This document shows positions 38,547 through 51,268 of a stretch of 64,000 nt of DNA, in pieces. Under the pieces are notes generated by a model, which was given only the letters and a program-made list of their open reading frames with translations, had not been told where the DNA came from and did no database searches. Source of the stretch: Vicugna vicugna (taxonomy: Eukaryota); the NCBI GenBank assembly GCA_013265495.1, contig MU058423.1, forward strand, positions 6,672,939-6,736,938, written 5' to 3'. Positions within the stretch are counted from its first letter, which is position 1. Every line of letters begins with the position of its first letter. Position numbers and translations under genes: made by a program.

Positions 38547-41138
38547 AGCGGGGAGCGGGTCAGGGCGTGGCGCCTGCAAGGTGTGGTGGTGTGCTCGGCG
38601 GGTTCCTCATCCAGGCGGGCAGCGAAAGTGCTCGCGTTGGCTGGCGGGGACTCGGTGCGGGAGTACTGGGTGTGTGCACACAGTCCACACAGCGAAGTCT
38701 GCGAGAGCAAGTTCTTTCCTCCGCTCAGTAGCGTCCAGGTAGCCAGGCGAACCAGTTTAAAGGAACAAAACGTTGAGTTAAAAACGTGTTTTGTTTTCTT
38801 GAATCTTAGGACGTTTAGCGGCCTGTTATGTTCTGGCCGTGTTTCGTTTCACAGAATTGAGGGCTTCTAGGGAGAGACAGGCTGATATACGTCCCCGCAA
38901 CAACTCTAAAGGGTACGTTCTGCTCCCTGTTTTACAGTTGAGGACACTGACGGACGTGTGAGGACGTTTAAGTCGCACAGCTGGTCAATGACAGAGCTGG
39001 GATTTGACCCTGCTTATGTGACTGTACTTTACATTATTCTGCCCCATTTCTGAGTGGAGTGAGGCAGCCTTATTCCATACAGTGAGGGCCTGAGGAGTCT
39101 GGATAGAGGTATTATTTCAGGTACAGCTACTACAGTCTACAGGTTTAAGATGCCTCTTACTGCTCTTTTTATTTACTAAAGATATAGCAGTAAACTATAT
39201 ATCAAAACTTTGGCTCCCATGGAAAACTGGTTAGAAATCAGGAGAGGGACAGACATTAATAAAAACTAGGAAAACCGCAGGTAATTCCCCCCCAGCCCCA
39301 AAATGTCATGTATGCATTATCAGATCATGAAGGCCCTGTGAGTTAGTTTGGAGTCTTGATTATCTGAAGAGCAATTGGAAACTGACAGAATTTTTTAGTA
39401 GAGGGGTCTGCGCATATGTGTATATGTACAAAGTGATTAAATTTTAGATGTGAAAATTTCTCTGGTTGCAGAGCAGAAAAATGGAGTAGAAGCAGGAAGA
39501 GCAGTTGAGCTACTGCAGTAGCCCAGGCAAAACACATTGTTAGAAATAGTTTGTTAACAGATATGGAGAGAATGAACAGGAATTGAGATATACTTTGGAA
39601 GTAGAACTGATAGACTTGCAGTGAAGAAGGGTAATTACTGATAAATTTGGGGGTTTTGGCTTGAGCCCCAAGCTGCCCACCATCTAGGTGGATGATAATG
39701 TCATTTACTGAGCATGACAAGAGTGATTAAAGTAGCTAAGTTAGGAACTGGGGAAGGAGGAACACATTCAGTTTAAGGTACCTATTCCGTATCCATGTTT
39801 CAAGTAGGCAGTTGGTTGTGTTAAGTATGGCATTCTGGAGAAGCACCAACACTGGATACATATATAGCATCAACACATATAATATTTATATTCAAGGAAT
39901 GAGAGTGTAGATGGAGAGGAGGGGGGACCAGAAATGATCCATGGGGCATGCCAGTGTTGACAAACAGAGAAGGAAGAACAAGACAGTCCTTTCTTGGCAC
40001 TTACATCCTGGTATTAAAGACAGGCTAAAGCATGCAGGAAAGTAAGTAAATGAATTCCTTTTGGAGAGTAAGAATTTTTGGAAAAAAAAAAAAAAGAGCC
40101 AATGTAGAGGTATAAACTGACTGAAGAGGGCATGCTACTTTAAACACTATCCTTTATACTCTTTTTCCTATGTCTCTTATGGTTAGTTAAATGATTAGCA
40201 TATAGTAGACATATATAAATATTTGTTCAATAAATGAATGCATGAATGGATTAACTTTAATATTGCCACTGCCTCCTATGGTCAAGAATTGTTACATGGG
40301 TCATCAAGGTAAGTTTAATGGTCTTTATTATAATTGAGACATCACAACTCCTCAGTGAGATAGTAACATGACAGAATTTTATCTCTTTACCTAATTGCTT
40401 TTAGTTGTACTCAATTAAATCTGCCATATCCTTCCCTTGACAGTAGGTCAGGTAGATTTCATAAAATGTCTTAGTTACTCTCAATTACTAACAATCCGAA
40501 TTGGTCTCCCCTCTTATCAGGCTTGGCCTGAAGGATAGGAGGAAAATGTAATTTGCTTTCATCTCTCCCCTGTCTAAGTGGAAGTGGGTGTGGCTTGTTC
40601 TGAGTTGCACCCTTTTCTTGGTATAGCCCTGAAGATCCCAGACTTTCTGAGCTCATGGTGCCCTTATTGTCTCAGTAATTTTCTCACAGCATCCCTACGT
40701 ACCATCTTGTTTCCTGTTACCCCTCGATTTTTAGGAGATATCGCTGTCTGAACTGAGCCTCAGTAAGGCTCAGCAATTATTCCATGTATTCCTCTACTTT
40801 TCCCATCTCCCTTGTTAGGTGGAACCAGTGATTCATTCTGGTCAGTGAGCTGTAGTGAAAAGAACATGTGTTAATTCCAGACTTTAGTACAGAAGAGTGG
40901 ATGTGAAAGCTGTGATCATGGAGGCCGCATATTGATGTCAAAGAGCTGTAAGGTCACAGCGTAGAATACCCAGTCACTGCATCAGTGACAACTGCCCTAC
41001 AGAAGTGCTTGACTCCCTCCAAATTGCATAAGTAAGAAATCTTTCGTTATATTTTATTATGTAAATGTTCTAACAGATTAGAGTTAATTATTTTTTTAAC
41101 CATAGCAAGCGTATTCTATCATTATTAAAAATATACTC

Positions 41139-41570
41139 TGTGATGGTTCATTTTATGTGTCAATTTGACTGGCCACAGGGAACCCAGATTAAACATTTCT
41201 GTGTTCCTGTCCCTGAGGGTGTTTCTGAATGAGATTAGCATTTGAATTGGTGTATTCAGTAAAGTAGATTGCCTTTCCTATGAGGGGGTGGGCATTATAC
41301 TGTCCGCAGAGAATGGAATACAATAAAAGGTGGAGAAAGGAAGAATCACTCTTTTTTTTTAATCCCTCACTAATTATGCTGAGGCATCTCATCTCATCTT
41401 CTTCAACAATCAGACTGGGTTCTACACCAACTCCCCTGGTTCTCAGACTTTTGAACTTGGGCTGCATTAAACCATCAGGTTTCCTGGCTATTCAGCTCAA
41501 GATAGCAGATCATGGGACTTTTCAGCCTCCATGATCACATGAGCCAATTTCTCATAATAAATATCCTTTT
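41139..41570 (+). mobile_element. ERVL (MLT2-like) LTR
   Basis: Starts TGTGATGGTTCATTTTATGTGTCAATTTGACTGG; ends near GAGCCAATTTCTCATAATAAAT. Confidence 0.75.
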
Positions 41571-41850
41571 ACTTATACATATTTTTATTATATGTATATA
41601 TTATATATTTATATTTTATAAAAGTATGTAAATACAAAAATATAGAAATGTATAAATATATTAATATATAAATACATTTAAATATTTTTATAAATTATCA
41701 ATATATAATAAATATCCTTTTATTTGTATTTACTCATATACAAAGATTATATAGGTAAATTATATATGTAATATTTTACTCTTTAAAAATTTTAAATTTG
41801 TTATGCATATTTTATATTACATATAATATATTCTTCAATATGTTTTTTAT
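41570..41850. repeat. AT-rich low-complexity tract
   Basis: Degenerate TATA/AATA repeats. Confidence 0.8.
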
Positions 41851-42932
41851 CACAGCAGCTGGATTCTGTTAAATCCTCAGAACTTTGCAGTGTCTTGTCT
41901 TCTCACTTAGACTAAAAGCTAAAGTTCTTCCTTTGATTTTTAGGAGCTTGTATGATCTGGCTTCTCCAGTGTATTACTTTTCTGACTTCATCTCTTCTCT
42001 TCCCGCCTCGTTCACACTCTACAATAGACATACTAAACATCTAGCTGTTCTTGAACTTTTCAGACCCATGATTCAGATCTTTGTGCTTGCTAAAACTTTC
42101 AAAATGCTTTTCCCACAGATATCTGCATTTTAGCTCCCAAATTTCCTACAAGTGCTCAAAATGTTACCTTTCCTCTAAATGTTTCATTGTTAGTCAGCAC
42201 CATCTCTGCCTCTTCTGTTCTCTCCTCTGTGTTTCAGCAGGAAACTGAAAAACAGATTTTTTCAGTACTTTTGCTGTCTATTGCTGTGTAATAAACCACC
42301 CTCAAACTTGCTGTTAGTACAGCCACCAGCAAAGAATTTCCCTTTTCCCAAGGCAGACAGAATTCACGTCTTCATCCCATTTGCTTTTATTGTAAAAATC
42401 ATTATATATAAATTTTATTATAATTAATTGTGTATGTCATTTTCTTATTACTGGTAAGCTACTTGAAGATAGGCATTGCTATATTCATCTCTATATCCTT
42501 CAAGCATTAACATAGTGGCCTTACAGGTAGATTAATAGTCACTGAATGTTAAAACATGTAAATTAATGTTACTCAACAAGAAATTAAAATATACCCTACT
42601 GGCAACTAGGGATACATATTCATTGATTTGCCTGATGACTTTAAGAAACCAGGCTAAATATTTCATTGCAAAATTGTCACAGTGGTCAGAGACAAAATGT
42701 CAATATTATTCTGTGTTTCTTATAGAGAGATGACTATATGTGGATCTTATGGATAGTCATTTGTAGATTTACTTCCTGTATAAAATAAAACATTTTACAT
42801 AGCCATGAAATTTTATCTTGGTTGCATTTGAGGGCAAATTTTTGTCACAAGCTTTCAGAAAAATAATTCTTAACATTTATTTGAATAAAATATAAAGACG
42901 CCTTTTAACCCAGCAATTTTGTTTTCAGAATC

Positions 42933-43299
42933 TATGTTAGATAGCTCTGGTTGCCATAGCAAAATACCATAAACTGAATGGGTTACACAAAAACTTATTT
43001 TCTCACAGGTCTGGAGGCTGAAAGTCCAAGATCAGAGTGTCAGCATCGTCAGGTTCTTGTGAGAGCTCTTTTCCTGGCTTGCCTTCTAGCTGTATCTTCA
43101 CAAGGTAGAGAGAGGGAGACAGAGAGTGAGTGTTCTGGTGTAACTCTTATAAGGACATTAATTCCAGCATGAGGGCCCCACCTCCATGATCTTATCTAAA
43201 CCTGATTACCTCCCAAAGGCCCCATCTACAAATACCATCACATTGGGGGTTAGATCATTAGCATATGAAACTTGAGGGAACATAGTTCAGTCCATAGCA
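42933..43299 (-). mobile_element. MaLR (MLT1-like) solo LTR
   Basis: GTTGCCATAGCAAAATACCATAAACTG...TTCAGTCCATAGCA, 5-bp TSD GAATC on both sides. Confidence 0.85.
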
Positions 43300-44059
43300 G
43301 AATCTATCTTATAGAAATAAAAGCATCTGTATGTGACTAATTGGCTCAATGGCTGAGTTTACTTGAATCTCACGGAATTACCAAAAAAAAAAAACAAAAA
43401 CAAAAACCTTACAGTTTATTGGATTCCCCTTCCCTGAAATATCCCTTAACTTTCCTACTCATTTTTGATTTTAAAAGCAAACCATTATTTATCATTAAGA
43501 TTCACTTTCAGTCCAATTAAAATGCTAATCTCACATCTAAGCTTACACCCTTCTCTAAGAAAACCTATAGTGGGGAAGCTGGCTAATCTTTTCTTTCTCA
43601 GTTCCTTCTCCTTCTCTTTCTACTCTGGGAAAGAGGTAGTTCTCCCTCGGCTGTTGATTTCCTCTTTCCTGGCAGATATCCAAATATATGGGGCACTTTG
43701 ATAGACTGTTAAAGGACCCTGCACGATCTCGTCCCATACTGTTTCATGATACTGATGATGTACTTTCTAGCTAACAACTTATGATTCCCGTTCTGTCATG
43801 GCTTCTAATCACTTGGAGCCATTCATTGAAGCAAATGACCCTCTTGGTTAGACCCTCCCCACATAGAGACCAGCTGTCTCCTACAGTGATTTGCTGGCCT
43901 GGATGTCAGTTATTTTCCAGGAAGGCTCAGAGCACTTGTGACTTGCTCACAAGCAGCCTGAGCAAGTGGCAGTTTGTCTCCTCTCACCTCTAAGCTCTTC
44001 TGCTCTCTTCCTCATTCATCCATTCCCAAGATAGGCATGCTTCTGCTTTACAGCCTTCT

Positions 44060-44135
44060 TTTTTTTTTTTAACTGAAGTATGGTCAGTTATAATGTATTA
44101 ATTTCTGGTGTACAGCACAATGTCCCAGTCATGCA

Positions 44136-44174
<39 letters not shown>

Positions 44175-44690
44175 CTTCATTTTTACATCCTTTTTCATAA
44201 AAGGTTATTATAAGATATTGAATATAGTTCCCTGTGCTATACAGAAGAAATTTGTCTTTTTTAAAATCTGTTTTTCTATATAGTAGTTAACATTTGCAAA
44301 TCTCAAACTCCCAAATTATTCCTTTCCCACCCCCTTTCCCTGGTAACCACAAGATTGTTTACTATGTCTGCATGTCTGTTTCTTTTGTAGATGAGTTCAT
44401 TAGTGTCCTCTTTTTTTTTTTTCAGATACCACATATGAGTGATATCATATGGTATTTTTCTTTCTCTTTCTGGCTTATTTCATATAGAATGATGATCGCC
44501 ACGTCCATCCATGTTGCTGCAAATGACACAACTTCTTTATCCAGTCATCTGTTGATGGACATTTAGGTTGCTTCCATGTCTTGGCTATTGTATATAGTGC
44601 TGCTATGAACATTGGGGTGCATGTGTCTTCTTGAATTAGAGTTCCCTCTGGCTATATGCCCAGGAGTGGGGTTGCTGAATCATATGGTAT
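44060..44690 (-). mobile_element. LINE-1 3' end fragment with internal (TG)n
   Basis: Poly-T at left, antisense L1 3'UTR (TGGACATTTAGGTTGCTTCCATGTCTTGGCTATTG). Confidence 0.8.
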
Positions 44691-44732
44691 CTTAAATTGA
44701 GCTTTAGCAATTTAGGCAAAACTAGCATTTTT

Positions 44733-44849
44733 TTTAGGGGGGAGGTAATTAGGTTTATTTATTTATTTTTAACAGAGGTCCTGGGGATTGAACCTAGGAC
44801 CTTGTGCATACTAAGCACACACTCTACCGTCGAGCTATACCTTCCCCCC
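44733..44849 (-). mobile_element. Vic-1-like (camelid) tRNA-derived SINE
   Basis: Antisense copy with perfect TSD AAAACTAGCATTTTT (44718-44732 and 44851-44865). Confidence 0.88.
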
Positions 44850-47504
44850 CAAAACTAGCATTTTTAAATTGTGCCCTAATAAATAATAATGTTAAAAGCT
44901 ATATATAGTGGTGTAAAACTGCAAAAAATCTTTTTTGTTAATTAACTACAGAGGCATACCATTGAAAAACTTTGTTCCCTAAAATCATAGACTATGAGAA
45001 AATTTGCTTTTTGAAATCATGTTAGTGAGATGGGAACATCCCCCTGTTTTCTGAGTTATGTGGCCACTTTGAGACAGAGAAGTACCCTTGATTTCCTACC
45101 CAAGTTCAAAGATTCAGATAGTGTGTTTTCAGATACAAAATTTCACATTCATTTTAACTTTATAGTTTACAAGGAAGCAGGGCTATAAGCCCACTTCTTA
45201 ATCCATCCTGATCCTAACACAGCTCTACTTTGCTTTCAGCCTATCAAAGCACTGCTCATTTAAATTTTGCTTAAACTCTACCTTGCTCCCAAACCAGTGA
45301 AAACACTGGCTCTTCCTTCCTTAGTTTTGGTGAAATGCTCCTCAGTTCTGCTGACATGGAATCTCTTCCTGCAGCATATTAATAAACATAACTTTGTTTG
45401 ACTGTGGTTGTGTCACAGTTTGGTGGTCTTTGAGCAGATTTATTAATCATTTCCAAACATTTTCTCTCTGTCCAACACTCTCAAGGACATTTCAAAAGAC
45501 ATACACCAATGACATTAACAGATGGAAACCAGCATGTGACTGAGTTGTTATAGGACCCCCGGAAAGCTGTGTAAGAAAGCGTAGAGAAGAGAATAAATGA
45601 AAAAATAAATAGAGATTAATTTTTATTTCGCTAATTCTTTGAATCCCTCCAGTATTTGACTCTAATTCATTTTTTCTTGATCCTCATTCAAAAGTGACCT
45701 TTCCTTTGATTTCCTGTATACTTTGTACCTTCTGTTATGACACTTACAGTTTCTTTTGTATTATAGTTATTTATGAGTTTGATTTGATTTATTGTTAGAC
45801 TTCACCGTCATTTCTTCATCATTCTTACCTGGAATGTTGCAATAGCTTCTTGATCAGTTTCTTTATTTTCTGCTCTATATACCTCAGTTTCCTCTCCTCA
45901 CAGTCACTAGTGTGAACTTTTGAAAAAACATAAATTTGATCATGTTACTTCCCTGTTTGAAACTTTTAATTGGTTTCCCATCCCCAATAAAATAAAATAT
46001 AAAGTTCTTATCATGTCTGCTAAAGCCTTTCTGGGTACTTCTCTAAGTCTATATTCCTACTACTATGCTTCTTGTACACTTCCCTTTGGTCATTCTTGCC
46101 ACGGTGGGGGTTGGGGATGGTGGGTGGAGGCACCAAAGGAAAAACAGAATTCTTCCTAATGGCCTTTGTGTTTGCTCTCACTTTCTCTAGCGCTCTTCTT
46201 GCTGATGCTCACATCCCTCACATGTATTCAATCTGTTTTCAGATGTCCTTTCCTCAGAGAGGACTTCACGACTGCTCTGGAAATCGCATGGCCTCCCCAC
46301 CTACCCATCACTAACTGCTTATCCTGCCTTATTAATTTCTTGATATATAACAACCTAGAAATTATATATTATGTTTACATGTGCGTTTGTGTGTGCATAT
46401 GTGTTTATGATATAAGCTCCATGAGGTTAGAGTGTTGGTCTTGTCTTTGTATTGTTTGCTTCTTTATCTGTAGGCCAAAAATAATACCTAGTACACTGTA
46501 GGAGGTCAGTAAATATTTTTTGAATGAATGAATATTGTCCAATTGTAAGTTTTTCTTGCTTGCATTTATCACAATTTCAGCTCATTCAGAGGCAATTAAA
46601 GGCATAGATTTGAGAGTGAAATTACTTGCTCTGCTGTGTGACCTAGGGGAAGTTACTTAACCTCTCTGCCTCAGTTTTCTGATCTGTAAATGAAGATAAT
46701 ACCTTTATTATAGACTTCTTATAAGTATTAAATGAATTAATCTGGCATGGAGTCAGTGCTATAGAAGTTGCTATATTTGTTGGGTTTTTTTTACATTTAA
46801 TTGGTGATTATTTGAATGATGTCTCTTCCTAGCCTTCAGGGACCATATTAATTTTTCAAACTATTATATATCTACGTCCCAGCTTATAATAGGAACTCTA
46901 TAAATATTTGCTGGGAAAAAAGAAAAGAAGAACAGTTTACATTTTGAGACAGTGGATGCATGCATGTTTTGTATGCAGTGGATGCAGTCCCATATTATGT
47001 AGTTACCAGTCATTGTCACTAGATGGCAAGCTTGTCCTAGGCAAGGCAAATGTTGCTGGCCTTAGGTCCTCATAAACTGAAGAATGAGGACTCAAAAGTA
47101 GGGAGAAATGTCATATATGTGTTTTTTAGGTTGATGTGATGATAGGAAGATGGAAACTTAAGCACAAAATAAAGACTCCGTATGTTTTATTCTGCTTCAT
47201 TCCATTGTGTGCTCTACCCTTCTGATAAGCCATCTTTTGCATAGTGGTATTTCTGTCCTTCCACTGACCCCTTGCTACTAATAATTTGTTTAAGAAGTGT
47301 TTAAAAAGATCTCTTATAGTATTCTTTTTTAACAAGAATTTTCAACCTAAAACCCTTTACCTGCTGTTTCTAAAATCTATTATGATTTTGGCTGAGACAT
47401 AAGTTTCTCTATATCAGTACCCTTTATTCTTCCTTCTTGCACAAGTATTTTGTCTTTTTTTCTGATTATTGGTCACTCAACATTGATATGAAGGATGTGT
47501 CTTT

Positions 47505-48393
47505 TTTTAAGTTATATAAATTTATTATTTTTATTCCAGTTTAATTGAGATATAATTGACATAAGGCATTGTATAAGTTTATAAGTTTAAGATGTACAGC
47601 ATAATCATATGACTTACATACATCATGAAATGATTACCACAATAAGTTGAACATCCATCATCTCAGATATAAAATAAAATAAAAAGGAGAGAAAACATTT
47701 TTTTCTTGTGATGAAAACTCTCAAGAATTTAATCTCTTCAACAGATTTCACATATAATATGCATCAGTGTTATACATTATATTAATAATTACTAATTAAT
47801 TGTGTTGTACATTACATCCCTAGTACTTATTTTTATAACTGGAAGTTTGTACCTTTTAACTACCTTCATTCAATTCCCCCTCCTCCCATCCTCCATAGGT
47901 AACGAAAAATCTGATCTCTTTTTCTATAAGTTTGTCAAAGTATAATTGACCTCCAATATTATGTTATTCCCTGGTGTACAGTATAGTGATTCAATATTTC
48001 TGTACACTACAGTGATCACCACAATGGGTCTAGTTACTATCTGTCGCTATATAAAGCTATTACATTACTATTGACTGTATTCCCCACAACGTTGCCTTTT
48101 ACTCCTGTGACTCATTTATTTTGTAACTAAAATTTTGTACCTCTTAATTTTCTTCATGTATTTCACTCCATCCCCTTCCCCTCTGGCAGCTCCCTATTTG
48201 TGTCTGTGACTCTGTTTCTGTTTTGTAATGTTTGTTCATTTGTTTTATTTTTTAGATTTCATATACACGTAAAACTGAATTTTTGTCTTTCTCTGTCTGA
48301 CTTATTTCACTTAGCATAATACCCTGTAAGTCCATCCGTATTGTTGCAAATGACTAGATTTCATTCGTTTTTATGGCTAAGTAATATTCTTGT

Positions 48394-48441
<48 letters not shown>

Positions 48442-49275
48442 ATCACCTCTTCTTTATCCATTCATCTATTGATGGGCACTAGGTTGCTTCCATATTTGGC
48501 TATTGTGAATAATGCAATGAACATAGGGTTACACGTATCTTTTTGAATTAGTGTTGTTTTCTTTGGGTTAATACCCAAAGGAGGAATTGCTGGATTGTAT
48601 AGTAGTTCTGTTTTTAATTTGATGAGGAAACTCCATACTGTTTTCCACAGTGACTGTACCAGTTTGCATTCCCACCAATAGTGCTTAAGGGTTTCCTTTT
48701 CTCCACGTTCTGACCAACACTTGTTATATGTTGTCTTTTTGATAATAGCCTTTCTGGCTGGTGTGAGGTAGTATCTCATTGTGGTTTTACTTTTCATTTC
48801 CCTGATGATTAGTGATGTTGAGAATCTTTTGACATGTCTCTTGTCTATCTCTGTGTCTTCTCAGGTCCTTTGCCCATTTTTAATAGGCTTTTTTTAAATA
48901 CTGGATTTTTAAGTTTTTGTATATTTTGGATACTAACCCCTTGTCATATATATCGTTTGCAAATATCTTCTCCCATTCAATAAGTTGCCTTTTCATTCTG
49001 TTGATAGTTTCCTTCACTGTGCAAAAACTTTTTACTTTGATATAGTCCATTGTTCATTTTTGCTTTTGTTGCTCTTACCTGAGGAGACATACTCAAAAAA
49101 ATATTGTTAAGACATGTCAAAGAGTGTACTGCCTATGTTTTCTTCTAGGAACTTTATGGTTTCTGGTCTTACATTTAAGTCTTTAATCTGTTTTGAACTT
49201 ATTTTTGTATATGGTGTGAGAAGGTAGTCCAGTTTGATTCTTTTGTATGTAGTGGTCCAGTTTTGCCAATACCGT
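47505..49275 (-). mobile_element. LINE-1 3' portion (ORF2 C-terminus + 3'UTR)
   Basis: ORF-track 48462..48797 ([27 protein letters not shown]) and 49107..49322 ([30 protein letters not shown]) are L1 ORF2 C-terminus. Confidence 0.9.
48390..48437. repeat. (TG)n microsatellite inside L1 3'UTR
   Basis: Directly visible. Confidence 0.9.
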
Positions 49276-49955
49276 TTTTGAGTCCTTCTAAATCTCAGTG
49301 TACCATCTTGGGAAAAGAGCAAGTTAGGTTCAATGCTATTGTGCCTGTCTAACTTAACCTTTGTTTAGCAAAATTATCAGTAAGCATCTGATAGACGAGA
49401 AAGAAAAAAAAATGTTGAAGAGCGTACAAATTAGATAATCAACTTCTAAATGATCAAAATTTTGGATTCTGGAAATTAATTTTATAAATATCAATTAATT
49501 AAATTGATTAAATGTATGCATATAAATTTAATTTACCAAAGCAAATTCAAAATGTGGGCATGTAAAAATGAATAATAGTATTTTAAAACAGTAGTAATGG
49601 TTTTAATTATAATAATATTTAGAAAGTATAATTATTTTCTAATTTTTTTAAAAATTGACTACTGAATAAAGTAGATTTAGAAAAATAATAATTTATTTCT
49701 TTATAATCTTTTTCCTTTTGTGGCCTGTTGTGACATATTATTGGCCAAAAGAAAGAAACTTTGTTGATTTTCCTTCAAATGCTAGAGATTTTTTTCCTTT
49801 CTTCTCTCTGCTTGATAAGAAAGGTAATTATCTATTGCTTAATTCTCTATTTGATTAGAATGGCTTAAAGTGAAAGGATTAAATAAATTAAGTAAATAAA
49901 TTAAATTAATTAAATAAATTATTTGTTAACATTTTTTCCAAGTTAATCCAGACCT

Positions 49956-50036
49956 TAATACCATATTTCAAGATAAAGTTTTAGTTGATCTCTTTCTTTA
50001 AAAGCAACTATAACTTTATCTTGAAATATAGTATTA
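49956..50036. repeat. Inverted repeat, 32-bp arms (30/32 complementary), 17-nt loop
   Basis: TAATACCATATTTCAAGATAAAGTTTTAGTTG ... CAACTATAACTTTATCTTGAAATATAGTATTA. Confidence 0.9.
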
Positions 50037-50899
50037 GATGGATATAAAAATATATGTAACATAAATGTTATAGAACCTAATAATAATAATATGAACACTC
50101 ATGAACCTACTGCCTCATTCCCAAACTAAAACATTCTCTAACAATGATCATTCTACATTGGTAAATTTCCCAGTGTAGAATAATACCAAGTGAGGAAGTT
50201 ACAGCTGAACTATCCAGGTTGGACTGCAGGACTCTTGGTCCTGCCCCTACAATCTCTTCATGTGCTTGAGATCATTGTTTCCTTCTTGCCTTTATCTAGT
50301 GTCTTGGCTTGATCTATCCCTTATGAGTAACTGTTCGAATAAGGATAGGCAGACACAAAGATATCACATCTTCATGAAATAGTTTTCAGAGCATTGTCTT
50401 TATCCAAATTTAGCAAAGATCCCTTTTCATAAAGGAAACAATAAATGTTAATGTGGCTCCTCTTTTTAAACTGTTCATTCCAGAGTAGGATCTTTGCTTT
50501 ACCTTTTTATAATCAAAAGGTGTAGTAAAGTAATTTTTCTCCACTTCCAGAATAAAGGAAAGTCTAGCTTAAAGGTTTCTTCTGCTTCTATCTTATCAAG
50601 TTTTAAAAAGCTTGACCTATTTTTAGATAGATACTTTAGGTAGTTTTAGCTAGATGTTTATTAGTTTATTAAGTGAGAGAAAATATCTATTTTTTAAGAT
50701 CAAAAACAGTGTCTTACCCTCTTCTGGGTAATTTTTACAGTGTACCTAACTAATAGAAGTCTGGCATTTAGTCAACATTTGCTAAATGAATGATTTGTGG
50801 TCAGTCGAATTATTCAGTAATACCTCAACTGAAACAAACTGGAAACCTATTATATGTGAAATAAAGCTTAGCCATCCCTCAAAAAATATTTACAAGAAG

Positions 50900-51268
50900 T
50901 CTCTTAACTCTCACATGGGGGAACTTGCTTCCCACTCTGCCATATCTCAGCTATGAGGTTTGAATTGCATTACCCCTCTCTACTTCAGGGCAAACTCTTT
51001 GGCTTGAAGCAATCGTGATCTAGCCACAGAGTTTATTTCAGGGGTGAGCAGAGGTACTGGTCCTGTTAAAGTACACTTCAGGACATTTGCTGTGAATGCC
51101 AGGGCAGGTCCTCTCTTCAACACTGAACTCAATGATGTGATTATGAGTGGCCTGGAGATAGCAATTAGAGGGGCATGGCCTGTGATCAGGGCCTCTGAAG
51201 CGAGTAGATCCCGAAAATTGATCCTGGTACAGTTTTGTTTCTGACCGGATGATAGATCTACCATTACC
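50900..51268 (-). other. Candidate endogenous bornavirus-like matrix (EBLM) fragment; 94-aa ORF at 50980..51264
   Basis: GC-richer, CpG-retaining island with no recognisable repeat. ORF residues ALAFTANVLKCTLTG-PVPLLTPEINS resemble BoDV-1 M AINAAFNVFSYRLRNIGVGPLGPDIRS (recalled from memory). The match is near-collinear over about 75 aa. By-eye alignment only. Confidence 0.45.

Larger units (their letters stand above)
37750..38900. promoter_or_regulatory. CpG island / RNPC3 promoter, probably bidirectional
   Basis: Sharp rise in GC and CpG density in an otherwise AT-rich, CpG-depleted window; spans exon 1. Confidence 0.9.

Noticed and set aside
48462..49322. ORFs of 111 and 71 aa as genes
   Set aside because: They are LINE-1 ORF2 C-terminal remnants.
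51044..51244. Plus-strand 66-aa ORF in the virus-like island
   Set aside because: GTG start and no recognisable similarity; likely a shadow of the minus-strand frame.
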